Below the pieces are notes generated by a model. The model saw only the letters and a list, made by a program, of their open reading frames with translations, made no database searches and was not told the DNA's origin. From the NCBI GenBank assembly GCA_973895155.1, contig OZ316896.1, positions 2,294,001 through 2,358,000 of the forward strand: a stretch of DNA of 64,000 bases, in the 5' to 3' direction. The position numbers were made by a program, and so were the translations under genes. The stretch is from Marsupella aquatica. Lineage: Eukaryota; Plantae; Marchantiophyta. Each line of letters opens with the position of its first letter. Within the stretch, counting starts at the first letter, position 1. Positions 12,176 through 25,100 of the stretch are shown here, piece by piece.

Positions 12176-12182
12176 CTTGTGA
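9237..12182 (+). CDS. 981-aa retroelement accessory protein: plant-transposon-protein-like domain plus long C-terminal coiled coil; 3' end truncated at the gag junction
   Basis: Long open frame; GLEAFVRLPW..LLEFVGSW..IYGKDFYLTPKVIAEVFGLP; heptad-rich C-terminus. Confidence 0.65.
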   Translation: MTKQGKYKQLGATMEPGQRPEVRLRVKTRLGLGRVKRRRLGRINGKKDRQRRGVRSACRRWWLICEHELGRRRREANYCQLLRQALGERVDTDDQPKEGMSNVNQAAHFWGCLFERATEYIKTYEDEESERAARERQELARLWELQKTAFLGGELIKDEFLWTPTSNQLDDLLFCKDSVVGIREAIKNCNDIRWELKGSTERWTQATVLGETSTAAEMKRKGAVNDEATPAKRTRSAAPKKPAEQQSRRQGEAEEEEVDPIKAIPTRDDTWKGWAATLPVEVQLHFAREEDACFTAMQTKKYQGFMAGSGLEAFVRLPWLKPEVPESDLLEFVGSWEPETNCTRIYGKDFYLTPKVIAEVFGLPMGNKTKVDTRKTLPDKEFRSFPGPSTKNGFFRNTCTNPHIGEMIDFLRVTMHCNLPRAEIGKAQVYLAERPDPSRDYNGYLLNQLKKILKEEQQVIGMGSVSRLGYHMPLLCRYARGQTFAPVLPLQVRAPEEAPTPRPLAEKPQPPVSPTIEQVFRPRKEDLPMQQPGMQSLLKLLEKEKKSASATTTATATMQDTTTEVGLHRLTRENPFAGDKERIRPESKPGVRMYVGTSSSESEAELPEAPTEVEEAVEDCSHDNSGYGSDHHVPGVRTCGRFVPTLPRVVRGDPNQQSSPESPPPDVAPPSFDGIKQTVQEFQERIKQEEEAALAKEKDLPGGDWPEDIRRLAEKGSKPLATIEEIRRTAWEQRPRWAMPITSTYSTYAKNRAMEYGEMCGELALGIFGEELEVGPFFHREQLEKHQLEEAVALERSKKDEVIRRLRRMGAEIEDLRAAKKAQDELRIKRHELNIMQGQLDAAQADNQNIKDKLTQTQEELADTIKEREKWKQELKNTEEAHITANSRAMAETQRKEWALKGELEKIRGALEQKEVELGKSYQGIMALQQELASLTASFKADLREKDEMLEQTYAVFHEIENTLLVWWSYFSFGPSLCLAL

Positions 12183-13135
12183 TTAGGATTGCCACAGTAG
12201 TTGCAAGATGGCAGCATGAAAGCAACATATGCTGGTTTGGTCTTGGAAGCATACTGTGGCACACGGGAAGGGGTGGTCATTGTAGGGGCAGCAGCCTGGT
12301 ACCTGGATCGCGGTGGACGCGCAATACTGGCCTCATAATGTGCATGGGCCAACTCAAGTTTCTCATCAGTGTCATAGACAGTGAACAGTGTATAGCCGTC
12401 TCCAAACTCTGAGAATACTTGTTGCAACACTTGCGAATGGAGAGCTGGTGTGCCCTCCAATGTGCGAAGATAGCGATGAGCAGCTTCCAGGTCAGTGATG
12501 CTCTGGGTGTCCTCCTTCAGCTTGAGAAGCTGGCGATACATCATCTTCAATGTTTCATCGCGCTGCCTCACAAAGGTGGCCAACTGCATGATTTTGTCAG
12601 CACTCTTGATTGGGAATTCCAATTCAACAACCTGGAAAAACTCAGCCATTGGATCAGCAAAGGCAAGGGAATCAATGGTGGGAGAAATGCTTGATGTAGC
12701 CTGTGCCAAGACAGTGGGAGTAACTGGCGTAGTGGTAGGAACTGGAGTAGGAGGGGAAGTGGCAGGAGCAGCAGCATGGGCTGCAATGGCATTCTGTAAG
12801 GCCAATTGTGAGGCTGCCGCAATTTCACTGGCATAGGTAGGGTTAGGCAACCTTGTGACAGCAAGCAGCCATTGAGAATGCTGCTCATACACATCCAAAG
12901 CCTCATGGTGCACATACCTGGCTAGCTGCTTAAATGCAAAAGCATTTGTGAAATTGTTGCCGTACTTCAACTCCAATTTGTAAACGACAGTGTAGAAAGT
13001 GGATTTGAACTCACGTAAAGAGACAATGCCTGGCCGCCCGCTGAAGCGCTCAATGCGGCCAGATGAGTGGTTGACATCCATGCTGTATGTCGGTGAAGCA
13101 AGAACAACCACTGATGCAGAAGGGGTAAATGGCAA
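12176..13135 (-). pseudogene. Ty3/gypsy-type gag, truncated in the zinc knuckle
   Basis: IERFSGRPG..LREFKSTF, ALDVYEQ, RQRDETLKMMY and CNYCGNPNH; no pol downstream. Confidence 0.75.
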
Positions 13136-13410
13136 TGAAGTGATAGCAGGCTTCGGAGTAGTGGTGAAGCGATCGCCAAATATAGCAGGAGGATTGCGTG
13201 GTGTGGGTGTTGCTGCTGTCTGTGGACGTCGTCAAAATTTCCGAGACTCCAATGAAATTGGCACCAATGGTCGTGGATCACTCCGTAAATGGTACCTGGG
13301 TGTCGGTGGCGATGTGCTGCTATGACTTGGCTCCTCTGCTGACATGCTGCATGCTCACCCGGGGTGCCTAAATAAAAAATGTCCCCCTTCCCGGTGGTAC
13401 AAGGTGCCAA

Positions 13411-14976
13411 TGGGAAAGAAACTGACAAGAAAAATGAGTGGTAGCCCCAAGGCTAGGAAATAAAACCCACAAAGGAAACAACAGTGCGAGGCAGAAATGT
13501 GTAGACCGGCCCTGCCGAAAATATACTCACAAAAAAATGAACGGAAAGAAAACAAGAGGAGACGGTGAAAAGGGTTCTCCGTTATGTGTATACACAGGGG
13601 TCTCTGTATACACATAAAGGGCACCAGTCGGTGCCCAATGTGGATACATCGTCGGGCTCCCTAGAAGAAAAAGAGGCCGGAAAGAAGCAGGTGTATGCAC
13701 ACTCGGGAGGCACGGTACCCTATGCTGCAGGGCGCGGCGAGGCGAGGCTCGGTGACAACTTCATGGCTAGGGCCCTGCATAGGGCTTCGTGCCCCACTAT
13801 GAGCTCCCGAAAAGATGGGGCTACGAGCTCCCCCTATCCCCCTTTTGGGCCTCGTGCCCTGGCAGCGAGTGACTCCCGAGAGAGGAGTCGAGTGTACTCC
13901 CCCCCCTCTTTAATGCTGAATTAAGGGCTTCGTGCCCTGCAGGAGTACTCCCGTGTGAGGGAGGTCGAATTGAACTCCCCTCCCCTGCTTCAATGTGCTT
14001 AGGGCCTTGTGCCCTCTCCTGGCACTCTCGCCCCCCTCCTTTAATGTTGCTTCATGCCCTGCAGGAGACTCCCCCTACTTTAATGTGTACTCCTGTCCCC
14101 TCCTCTTAATTTGCCATAGGGCCTCGTGCCCTCCATCCTCTCTCGCTTATGCTCGGCCACGGCAGGATGCAAAACAAAGGAATAGCGAGGCGACGAGGCA
14201 AAAAAGGAGTAAGAAAGGCAGAAAGAAAAGGGGCGCGCGGCCCTATGCAGTCGGGAAATAGTCGCGCGCAGTGGCCGAGGCAGTCCGGTGGTGGTCGCGC
14301 GGCAGCCGTGGCCGGGAAATGGCCATAAAAACTAACAAAAAAGGGGCCCCGAACTGCCAAAGGGTCTTAAAAATGCGAGCGAGGGCGCAGCGGCCTGTGC
14401 AGTCGGCAGCAAGTCGCCGATGTAGGTCACAAAGAAGGTTGCGGCCGGGAAAAAAAAATTTGGGCCCCTTGTTATGTGTATACTCCACAATAAACCCATA
14501 ACTTTTAACTCGTCACTCCGATGTTCATCAAAGAAATTGCAATGGCTTCACCAGAAATTGTCGAAATCGTCACGAGCAATCTTCTTCCCCTCACTGCCAA
14601 CTCGGCAGTTCTTCTTGAATAAAAGGCATAAGAGAAACAATTGTACTGAAATCGAATCGAAAACCGGTAGGATGCCAAGATCGGTCGGGAGCATCTAATG
14701 AATCACTGTGTGAATCCCGTGTACGGAACCGACGAGCACTGTCTGAGCTCTGTCAACAGCGATTCAAGAATAACTGAAAACCCACAAAGAAAGACATGCC
14801 CTAAGTAAACAAAGTCCTGGCGTCACACTAACAAGCGTGTTTGCTTCAAGAACGCCTGGCATTTGCTATAAGAACATGTCGCTAACTCAAGTAGTACACT
14901 AGCCCTAACTACATACCTAGCGGGCATGCGAGGGACATGCCGATGTGCATAAGAGGCACTGTCCCTCGGCATGACA
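13411..14976 (-). mobile_element. Probable 5' LTR of the gag-bearing element
   Basis: On the - strand starts TGTCATGCC at a sharp GC/AT boundary and ends ..CCCA followed by TGG.. (PBS-like) upstream of gag; no TSD found. Confidence 0.4.
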
Positions 14977-15117
14977 TTGCAGTCTTTTATATCAATGTAT
15001 GTTTGTTTTGATTTATTTTAGGCAAGGTGTATTCGTTGTATTTTTGGATTTTGAAATTATTTTACCCCCCTTTAATACTTTTAATTTTATTTTTTGAGAC
15101 CCCCTTTTAGGTCTATA

Positions 15118-15420
15118 CTCAGGGGCCTCAATCCAAGGGGTGTCCCATATCACACCCAAAATTTTGGGGGCAATAAACACAATAAAACTTAAGTCAATAA
15201 ATTTATTTGAAGAATTTTTTACCCCTACCTTAATTGAATTTTCTTGGAATATTCTCAACTATGGTTTAAAAAAACCCCTATGTTTCTTATAATTCTCAAA
15301 ATTGGATTAAAACAAATGTTCTTCAACAAAAATTTAAAATTCTTTAACTAAACCTAATAAAAAACCTATATAAATTAGTTGCGCGTGATAGGTTGGAAGA
15401 AAAGATGTGAGAACCCCAGG
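15118..15420 (+). mobile_element. Diverged copy of the ~300-bp MITE
   Basis: CTCAGGGGCCTCA..TGAGAACCCCAGG; TSD-like GGTCTATA/GCTCTATA (7/8); internal similarity to 4993-5289 (TTCTTGGAATATTCT, TCTCAAAATTG, CGTGATA). Confidence 0.7.
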
Positions 15421-16976
15421 GCTCTATATTTATTTTTCAATCTTGGCCAGATGTCCTTTTTCCTACATTGTTTTTGCCTTTTAATATTCAAGTTATATTA
15501 AACTGCCTTCATACACTATAGATACCTAGACCCTCTTAACTAAAGCTTAGAGTTCTGTCTCCTAATTTTATGGTTTTGAGTAACTTATGTGTCTCTACCC
15601 TAAGTCATTTATGGTGTTACCTTGTGTTCTGGATCCTACTCAGGTTATTTTGTTTTATTGAGATTTATATATATATATATTGATATTTAAATTTATTTTA
15701 GGCAAGGTGTATCCTTTGTATTTTTGGACTTTGGAATTATTTTTAATCTTTTTAATTTTCTTGTTTGAGGACCTTTATACTTATTTATTTTTAAATCTTG
15801 CCCATCTTATGGTAGAATAAGTTTTTTATCATTAAATCAATTTATATTAAATTGATTCTTTATACACACAGACCCTAAGCTATTGATTCTTAAGAGTGGG
15901 ATGGAAGCCAAGATTTGTGATATACATTCAAACATTTCACCCCCTCCCCTCTTAACCGGAGCTCATAGTTATGTTTCCTAAGTTTATGGTTTTGAGTTAC
16001 ATTTTGTGGGCTTAAGTCATTATGGCAAAGAGGCCCACCAGTTTTTAAAAGAGATTCACGATAGTTTAGAAGCTAAACAAGTGTCTACCCAAAAAAATGG
16101 CAAGTGGGTATGAAAGTGGGGCCAACACTTTGTAACGGAATATATTAAGCATTGAGGCACAATTACTAAGTCACCCAAAACTAGTTTATTCTTGCTTTAA
16201 AGGGGTTACTAAAAATTCATCCTAGCTCTAAAAAGGATTGATTAGTTATTCTTCTCAACATGGGAATCTTTTTGAGTGGGAAACACTACAAGACAAACTA
16301 TTTTACCTTTTTGGAGTGAATCTCTACACTTTTAGGTACCTTAATGGATATTTTTTTGTTTATAAAATATGACAGTCCTAAAAGCCCGCCTAAAAGCTTT
16401 GTGTTACCATTTGGGGAAGATTGTTTAAAGTTGGAGCAACATCATATTGGGATATTGAGGCACAAGTATCAAGTCACCCAAATCTAATTACTCTTACTTT
16501 GAAGGGGTTAACTAAAAATCCATTTAAGCTCTCAAAAGGAATCATTGATTATTCTTCTCAATATGTGGAATCCTTTGAGCCAACACATTATAAGACAAAC
16601 CTTTACCTTTTTGGAGGGAATCTTCAGGATTTAGGTGCCTTAAACAATACTGGTTTTCTCATTTATGGATGTAGTACTACTAAAAGCTTCTTATTACCAT
16701 TTGAGGGCGATTGTTTAGAGTTGGAACAACCATATCCCATAAATGCTCACTCAGCTTTTTCCTTTTATGTTTATAAGGGCATTGTGGGGACAAGATCTAG
16801 GTCATTTCTCTAGGCTCTGCTTTTACTAAAGTTAGAAGGAAACAAAAATATCTCATACCTTTCATTGTAGTAAGGTCCTCTTTTTGGAGATTTACAGACA
16901 ACAATTAATAGCTCCTTAAAACTCAAGCTCAAACTCTTGGGCCATCATAATTTTTGTGGGCATCATATCCAATAAT

Positions 16977-17284
16977 CCCAGGGTCCTCACTTTTTTTTTA
17001 AGATTACTACCATTCCACGCAAATAAGTTAGGGGTTTTTAATTCAATCAGATGAAAGAGTTCACTTTAGTTGAAAAACATTAAGGTTTTCAATCCAATTT
17101 TGAAAATTGTAAGTTAGAGCTATAGGGTTTTTTCAACCAAATTTAAGAGTATTCCTAGAATATCCCATAAAGTTAGGGCCTAAAATACTAAAAATTGTTT
17201 ATTTTCTATAAGTTTTATGGTGTTTATTACTTGAAAACTTTGCACATGATAGGGTCCCACCAGCCTTGGAGTAAGGCTCCCAAG
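16977..17284 (-). mobile_element. Third, inverted and more diverged MITE copy
   Basis: CCCAGGGTCCTCAC..GTAAGGCTCCCAAG; TSD-like CCAATAAT/CCCATAAT (7/8); internal reverse-complement similarity. Confidence 0.55.
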
Positions 17285-17619
17285 CCCATAATGCCCTCTC
17301 AGCGATACCTTAATGTTTAATGTATACTTACTATACTGCCCTTCTTCATTTTTCCTTTCAAGTTTTCAGGGCATTATGGGAGCATATGTAATGTCCCGGA
17401 CAAGATCTGGATAGTTTATGTAGGAAGATTCTCCTCTCTTTTTACTAAAGTTAGAAAAAAACAAAAATATCTCAGACATACCTTTTAGTGTAGTAAGGTC
17501 TTGTTTCCTGAACCTTATGGGCCCGGTTTTCACTGTCGGACAAGATGTGTCCTTGTCCGACACGACAAATGACAACTTGTCCATTCAAAAACCCTCTATT
17601 TGTCCAATATTCTCTGATA

Positions 17620-18235
17620 TTCCCCGGCCCGGTGTCAAATTCTCCCGGCCCCTCCCGGCCGAGCACCACACTCTCCCGGCCTGGTCGAAAATCTTCCCGG
17701 CCAGGTCCTAAAACCCCCCTGCCCGGCCCGGCCGGGGGTTGGGGAGGGACGGGAGAGGGGAGACCGGGCCGGGGGAGGGAGGCCGGGGCGCGGGGTGGGG
17801 TGGGGACGGGGCGGGGAGGGAGGCCGGGGGTGGGGAGACCAGGCCGGGGGGCAGGGAGGCCAGGGCGGGGGGTGGGTGCCCGGGCGGGAGGGGGGGCGGG
17901 GGGGGAGAGGGGAGGGGAGGGAAGCCGGGGGTGGGGAGGGGAGGGAGGGAGGCCGGGCCGGGGGGAGGAAGGCCGGGCCGGGGGGGCAGTGGGAGAGGAG
18001 AAAGGCCGGGGCCGGGGCGGGGGTGAGAGAAGCCGAGGGTGGGGAGGGGAGGGAGGGAGGCCGGGGCGGGGGGGGGGGAGTGGGAGAGGAGGAAGGCTGG
18101 GGGGAGGGGGGAGCGGGGGCTGGGAGGCCGGGGGAAGGGGAGGGAGGGGCGGGCCGGGGGGCAGGGCGGCCGGGCGGTAATTTACTTTGCGGCCGGGGCG
18201 GTAATTTACTTTGCGGCCGGGATTAGGGTTAGGGG
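17620..18235 (+). repeat. Extremely G-rich GGCCGGGG/GGGGA low-complexity tract upstream of the hAT transposase
   Basis: Dense G3-G5 runs; ends in a 22-bp duplication (GGCGGTAATTTACTTTGCGGCC) and TTAGGGTTAGGG. Confidence 0.85.
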
Positions 18236-19085
18236 CCACGAGACGGCCAAAATTAGGGTTAAAAGAGTGTAAACCAAAAATTAAGGCTAAAAATACGGGA
18301 AAAGGGGTCCGTGGGAGGCCATAAAAGGGGAGACCCCCAATCATTGTACACACAACTTAGTACGAGAAACACTAAGCCACTAAGGTCTAAGGGTAAGTTT
18401 TGCAATACTTCTCAATTTTAGAGTCTTATAATGAAATGTTTTTCTTTAGTGAATTGTAATGGAGTAATATATATGAATTTTTGTATGCGCGGGTCTGGAG
18501 CCTTGGCTCGGCTCGGGATATTTCATACAAGAGTTCTATATATTAACTTAACAACTTAACGTCATTTATTTAGTAAGCAAAAAAATTTCAAAGGATAGAG
18601 AAACCCATGTGCGTAGGCTTGGAGCTTTGGCTCAGTCTGTGATATTTCACATGTGTGTCACAATTTCCCTGAAAATATTTCTGCTTTATAAAGAAGTGAT
18701 TGTTAAGTTATAGATATTCTATAACTTAGGACGAAGTAGGGATGTAAGCAAGTATGAGAGATTGGGAAACGATGGTGCGTAATCTTGGAGTCTCGACTCA
18801 GATTGTGGTAATTCATCAAAGTGTCCTACTCTTTTATACTTGTTACAACCAAACATAAAAACAACAAAAATACTATGATAAAATTTAGGGAACTCAAAAT
18901 GTTGTGCAATGTGATTATTCTTGGGGTTCATTGTATCTGCTATATGAAGTTTGATATACAATAAATATTTATTTTGTATTGTTGTATTTATGTATGTTCA
19001 GTGTGCGTTGGAGAGGAGATGACACTGTCATTTTATTGACGGTACACTGTAGAATTTGAATTTTGCATGTACATCTTTCTTTACA

Positions 19086-22001
19086 ATGATTTCTTCCGAT
19101 GACAATGAGTCCGGTGAATCTGGATATCGTTCCACTATCCCTAGGCATGGAGCAAATCATTCGCGAGAGCATGGTGCAAAATTTTCTACAGTGTGGAAAT
19201 ATTTTGAACAATGTGATGCGCCTTCAACATCTAATGATGCAAACCGTATGTATCAAAAATGCAAGTTTTGTAAAACATATATTACTTTTCATGCAACACG
19301 AGCCAAAGCACATTTGATGGGAAACATCATCAAAGGGAATGCACCACCATGCCTAGGCCTGTATGGTCATGTGGAGTTGGATGAAATCAACAGAATGTAC
19401 AATGTCATCAAAGTTCCATCAAACATCAACTACAAACGAAGGGATGGAACCCATATCTTGCGGGATGTCAAGGGTCGCAGGCCAGAGATTGGAACTTCCC
19501 ATTCACAAGCATCCACACGAGAGTCTAACCATTTTCAAATGGAAAATGAGTCAAATACGACTCATATGGCTCGGGCAGGAAGTCTTTCAAACCCGATTAT
19601 GGATGCTTATCAAGTTCCACATAGAGCGTATTTGGACAAGCTTTGGGCAAAAGATTTCTACACAAGTGGTATTGCATTCAATGTTTCACAGAATCCTTAC
19701 TTTCGAGAAGCAGTACACGAGACTTCAAAAGGTATTGTAAATGGGTATTCTCTTCCCATTATGCGAAATTTGCGAATGAAGTTGTTGGAGGAAGCCAAGG
19801 AAGATCTCACAAAAGACATCACCAAAATCATGAAGGAAACAAAACTTTTTGGTTATTCTGTTTCATCAGATGGATGGGAAAACATTCGTAGGGAACCTTT
19901 GATGAACGTCATGTTGTTGACTTCTAAAGGTGATTTTTTCTTGATATTGGAATGCGGCACAAGTTGATAGGAAAGATGGAAAATATCTTGGAGAGATGTG
20001 GCTGAAATATATCGATGACATTGGTCCAGATCACATCGTTCAAATTGTAACTGATGGTGCGCCTGCAAATCGTGTAGCGGGTTGTGAGATAGTCATGAAA
20101 AAATATCCACATGTCACTTGGAGTTGGTGTGCTGCCCACGTGTTCAATTTGTTGCTAGAAGATATGTGCGGTCATAAGAATGTAGTGCTAGATGAGAGTA
20201 GACAGAATCCATTCAAAAGCATTTTTAAACTCTTGAGATGGATAGTAAAAGCAGTTTCATCGTCCCAAAAGCTCTTCGCAATATTTGTGAGAAAATCGAC
20301 TTACAAAAAACTACTAAATCCAAATGCAACAAGATTTGCAACAAATTTTCTCATGGCGCAAAGAGCATTGGAGCTAAGAGGAGCTTTGCAACAAATGGTC
20401 ATTGATGATAAATGGGAGTCTTATCGTGATAGACTTCCTGTGCGTGCAAAATCAAATGGTCACATGACAAGGGCCAAGGCAGAAGAACTTAAATGGTGGA
20501 TACAACAAGATAAATTTTGGGCCGATGTGAAAGCTACAGTGAACTTCTTTCTTCCGTTGGTGAAGATGCTTCGCGAATTTGATGGTGCTTCACCCCAATC
20601 AGCCTGGTTGTATTGGAGTTTGAAAAGAGGGATTACTGATTTGAAGGCAAGCATGTCAGAATGTCCATTGGTAACAGAGTTCTTGAAGCCAAGGATATTA
20701 AAAGTGTATATGGATCGAAGAGAATCTCTTACCACCGATTTCATGCTAGCTGCAGCATATATCAATCCTCAAATGTTTTTTGATGAAGACCTAGATGTTG
20801 CTGGAGATGGAGAACTATGTCGAGGTTTCAATGAGTACATTGCCCGATATGCCGAACACAAGGTGAAGGAAGGGGTCAACCATGATCGTGAGGTTAATGC
20901 ACTCATTTCTGCCATACAATTGCAAGCAATTGATGCGCAAAAAAAATACCAAACACAACAGTAACCATGAGAGGAGCCCAATCTAGTATAGGTCAAGTAA
21001 GTCCACGAGAGTGGTGGCATTCATACGGTGCTGATTATCCAGATTTAAGAGTTTTGGCTAGAAAAATCTATCACCAAAAAATGTGTGCATCTGCGTGTGA
21101 AAGAAACTAGAGTTCTTATGGATTTATTCATTCTGCAAGTCGCAACAGATTGACAAATGATCGAGCAAAGGATTTAGTGTTTGTATTCACAAACATGAGA
21201 GTGGAGAAAGGGCTTATAAAAGTAAGAAATCCCCATACGTTTATATATCAACGTTATGAGGAAAGAAGAGCAACAAATAACGGTGTCAGGCCATTATCCA
21301 CTGAGCAGACTCAGAATGAAGGGTGTGACGCAATGTATACCGCCCTTGGTCAAGAAGATGTCAAAGATTTTGATGCAATTGATGATGCGGATGAAGCCTT
21401 GGAAGGATTATTATTACATAAAGATGGTGACTTCTTAACTCGTCTTCCACCAGATATAGATGTAAGTGATGCAGGTGATTGGGAGAATGAAATGGATTTC
21501 GAGATGTATCCTACAATTGACGAGTCGCAGATTGAAGATGAAGATCATGCATCGTTGTATTCAGATTTTGCAACACCTTTCCAACCAAACGCATCTTGGG
21601 CTTATCCATCATTAAACGTCCATAATGATGTCGACCCAAGTAGCTCATACTTTGTTCAACAACACACTAGCACACAAGGGCATCATTCTAAGGGAAGCAA
21701 ATCAGCTACTTTTCAACAACCATATAATGTTCAAGGTACATCTTTGAACAACACACGTGCACCATGGGAAGAAGCTACTACAATCTTCAATGAGTATGGA
21801 GGTCAGACTATGACTAATCCATATACATCCAACAATCCTATTGATTGTGAATTTCAAAGAACATCATCATTTCAACAAGCTCAGAGGAATGTCCATCTGC
21901 AAAATCGCGACCCAATTGCATGGGCTGCAGAGGAAGAGTGGAATCAAGCTTTGCAACAAAATCACAACAAAAACACTAGGAATTTTCTTTCACAGCCTTG
22001 A
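19086..22001 (+). pseudogene. hAT transposase (zf-BED, DUF659 core, dimerisation domain)
   Basis: VWKYF..CKFC..AKAHL; SSDGWENIR; QIVTDGAPA; WCAAHVFNLLLEDM; PNATRFAT; WWHSYG..ASACERN*S..SRNRL; frameshifts near 19950 and 20950, stop at 21108. Confidence 0.9.
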
Positions 22002-22182
22002 GAAATGTTATGTTTAGCATGCTTTGTTACTATTGTATTGTCTTTACTGACAATAACAATGAATGTCATATATTTTTTGGCCATGAATATAAGTTATTGA
22101 GTTTTATAAGTGTCACAATTTGCAAAATAATGTACCTTGTGCCTAGTCTAAACTTTATTCCCTATGGGATTTGAGGTATTTC

Positions 22183-25100
22183 TGTGACACGGGTAACGTG
22201 TCACTTGACCGAACCCAGGTCGTAGATTAGGACTTATACGGTCATTAGGACCGTAGCCATAGCGTAGAATAGCACGTATAGCCGTCAAGTTGCCATTATG
22301 ATTAGATTAGGAGTAGGTTAAGATAACCGAATAATTACGAGTTTAGGAAAGGGATTATTACGCACGACCGAGGTACGGTGGCGGCAGCGGAGTAAAAATC
22401 AGTTAGAAGAATCACGCTTGGACCGAGACGCCGACTTCAGCTCGTTATCAATGACCAAACGGCCTGACCTTCTCACGCTCGGGCTCGTCCGGGCACCCCC
22501 ATAAGAGAGGAGCCGATGGCACTGCGGGCCATTCGCTCACGTTTACCTTTTTGGAATTCATGGACGCTGCCATCCGCTCGCCTTTTTTATTGAATCCAGT
22601 CGACCTTTACGAGGAAATTATCGAGGGAGAAGAGCGGAATGTGGCGAGATTTAGTCAGGACGAGCGAGGCCTCCGCGAAAAAGGACCAGCCAGGTGGGAA
22701 CGTGGACGCAACGAACCGGACTACGAGGTTAGTATGACCCTCACAACCTTGGGATTTTGGACCTTGTTTGGCGAGGTAGGTGCTAAGTTCTCCGAGACTT
22801 ACTGGTACTCTTGCCCCGAGAAAGCCGCTTACGAATGAAGGTACGCGAAGCTGGTAACCAAGGTAGCACTGGTTAATTGCGAAAGGACAGCCATCACCAG
22901 GGATTCTAGCTATAACGAGCTGCGAGACTACATCACCGAACTATATCTCAGCGAGGAAGGGCTTAGATCGGTAGCAGAGGCGATTCTTGAGGTTCCACCT
23001 AAGTTCTTTAAGCTGAAGGGCAACCAGCGGCTTACTCAAGCGGAGTTTGACAAGATTCCGGGGTACCTAGACCAGCAGATCGCAGCCGAAAAGCGCCAAG
23101 AAGACATCAGTAGACAACGGGAAGCGGCACAAAATCTCACGTTCCTCGGGGAAAGCTCCAACGCCTTCAACTGGGATATGGCTACCCCAGCGTCTCAACC
23201 GATGACCACCGGAGTACCGCCGAACCAGTCCCAAGTCCGTCCAGTAATCAACGTGGAGTGTTGTTCGGGTTCCGAGCGAGCTAGTCCGCAACTCGAACAG
23301 CGTCCTCGTAAGCGGTCAAGGACTACGACGGCCCCCGAATCAACACGGACCGACGCCGCGCCTGCACCTGCCCCGGCAAACCCCCCGACCAACCAGACCC
23401 GACGGCCCCCGGATAACCCGAAGTCCAACTTATTACAGGTAATCCGCGTCCCCGAGGTAGTCTGGATCGCGATCAAGAAACTCGAACATGCGGACTATCT
23501 CATGGAGCATCGGTTAACGCAAATTTTTGGCCTACCAACCGGGCCGGTGCCGGTGGAAATCCAAATTTGGGATAAGGAGTATACGCCGCGGCACTTAAAA
23601 CCCGAGGGTAAGACGGACAACGGATACAAGCAGGGGGCGTGCACCAACTTAACCTGTATGGAGCGGCTTAACTTCATACGGACTACCCTACACATGATTG
23701 AGCCACGATCTGAGATTTCCCTCTGCACGATAGTGCAGGTGGAACAGTACAAGCGACGAAACTGGGCCCAATTCTTCTACCGAAGATTCTCGGGGGAGCT
23801 GAAGCGGGCTCAGGGTGGTATGGCTATTGGAGGGAAGACTTACTTGGGGAGTCATATCGCCATTATCCTCGCCTGGTACAAGGCACGGCGGGAGGCCAGG
23901 GGAAAGAATACGGCCACCTCAGCCCCGGGTAATGTCACCCCCGCCCCAGAGGAGGCAACCCCGACTATGCGGACTACTGTCCCTCAGACAAACCCCGAGC
24001 CGGAAGCCCCGACTAATACTCCGCAACCGCCCCCTGTGGAAATTCCACCGCCTCCTTCCGTTGAGCCTCCGCTACCTGCAGTACAACCACCCCCAATCCC
24101 TCCACCACCTGAAGAAACCTTCCCCTCCCCAGCGCTGACTACGGAGGAGCTCATTGCCCCTGCCGAGGAACCACCGGTACCCGAGAGGATGGAGGACTAC
24201 CAAGTAGCCCCGGGGACCATGGCCTACGACCTGGTCCAGAAGTTTAGCCAGACTATGTCTGGGGAGTTGGCGACATACATCGGACAACAAGTCTCGGCGT
24301 ACTTTCAGCCAGCCTTCTTCATGTTAGAGCACCAACCACGGATCGTCAGCCGCTTGGAAGAAGAACTCATGGCGAAGGGGAATGAGATCGGGCGTCTCCA
24401 GATGCTGGTAGAGCACCTCGAGGAGGAGGCAACGACCCGCCGCAAGGATTTAGTCTGCACTGTCGAACAGAGGGACGGACTAACCCAGGAGTTAAGCGGA
24501 GCGCAGGCCGAACTCAAGAAGCTGGACGATACCGTGCTTCAATTACGCTCAGAATCTTCAGCTCGGGTTACCAGCCTGACCGACCTCAACAAACAATTCC
24601 TGCAGGCAGCACAGCAGGTGGCTAGTCTCTCCGCCGAACGAGATAAATTGCTAGCGCAGGACCAGGTCCATCGCGACACCATCGACCAGCTCAACTTGGA
24701 GGTGGCACGGCTCCAGACTGAAGCCGACGAAGCTGCAAACAAGGTGGAGGAAGCATTACGAGACAACAAGGCTTTGCAGGACCGCGTCACCCTGCTCGTC
24801 CTCCAGCGGGGAAAACCTGGGCCCACCTCTGATCAAGGCGGCTCGAGGTCTCGCCCCGACAAGGGGACCAGCCCTGGTCCAACCACTGCACACACGTAAG
24901 GGGTAGTTAGCGAAGGGTAGAAGCAGGCGCCGCGCAAGGCGGTTAAGTCAGTGGCATCTTTTAGTTAGGCGTAACGACAGAATGACTGTCATTAGGCGCC
25001 GATTAGCGGCAGTAGGAAGAATTAGGGCCGGTCAGTTAGGATCAGCCAACGTAGGATTGAGTCCATCAACGGACTAGAGTTTGTCAGTAGGCTTGGCCGC

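Larger units (their letters stand above)
15010..17510. repeat. AT-rich degenerate direct repeats (~300-370 bp units)
   Basis: TTTAGGCAAGGTGTAT.. at ~15017 and ~15697; ATTGAGGCACAA..AAGTCACCCAAA at ~16151 and ~16454; TACTAAAGTTAGAA..ACAAAAATATCTCA at ~16824 and ~17443. Confidence 0.7.

Noticed and set aside
18219-18260. Telomere or interstitial telomeric array
   Set aside because: Only 2-3 TTAGGG units; telo-box-like at most
17472-18353. Pro-rich/Gly-rich ORFs (extensin- or formin-like)
   Set aside because: Artefact of the G-rich low-complexity tract that is open in all frames
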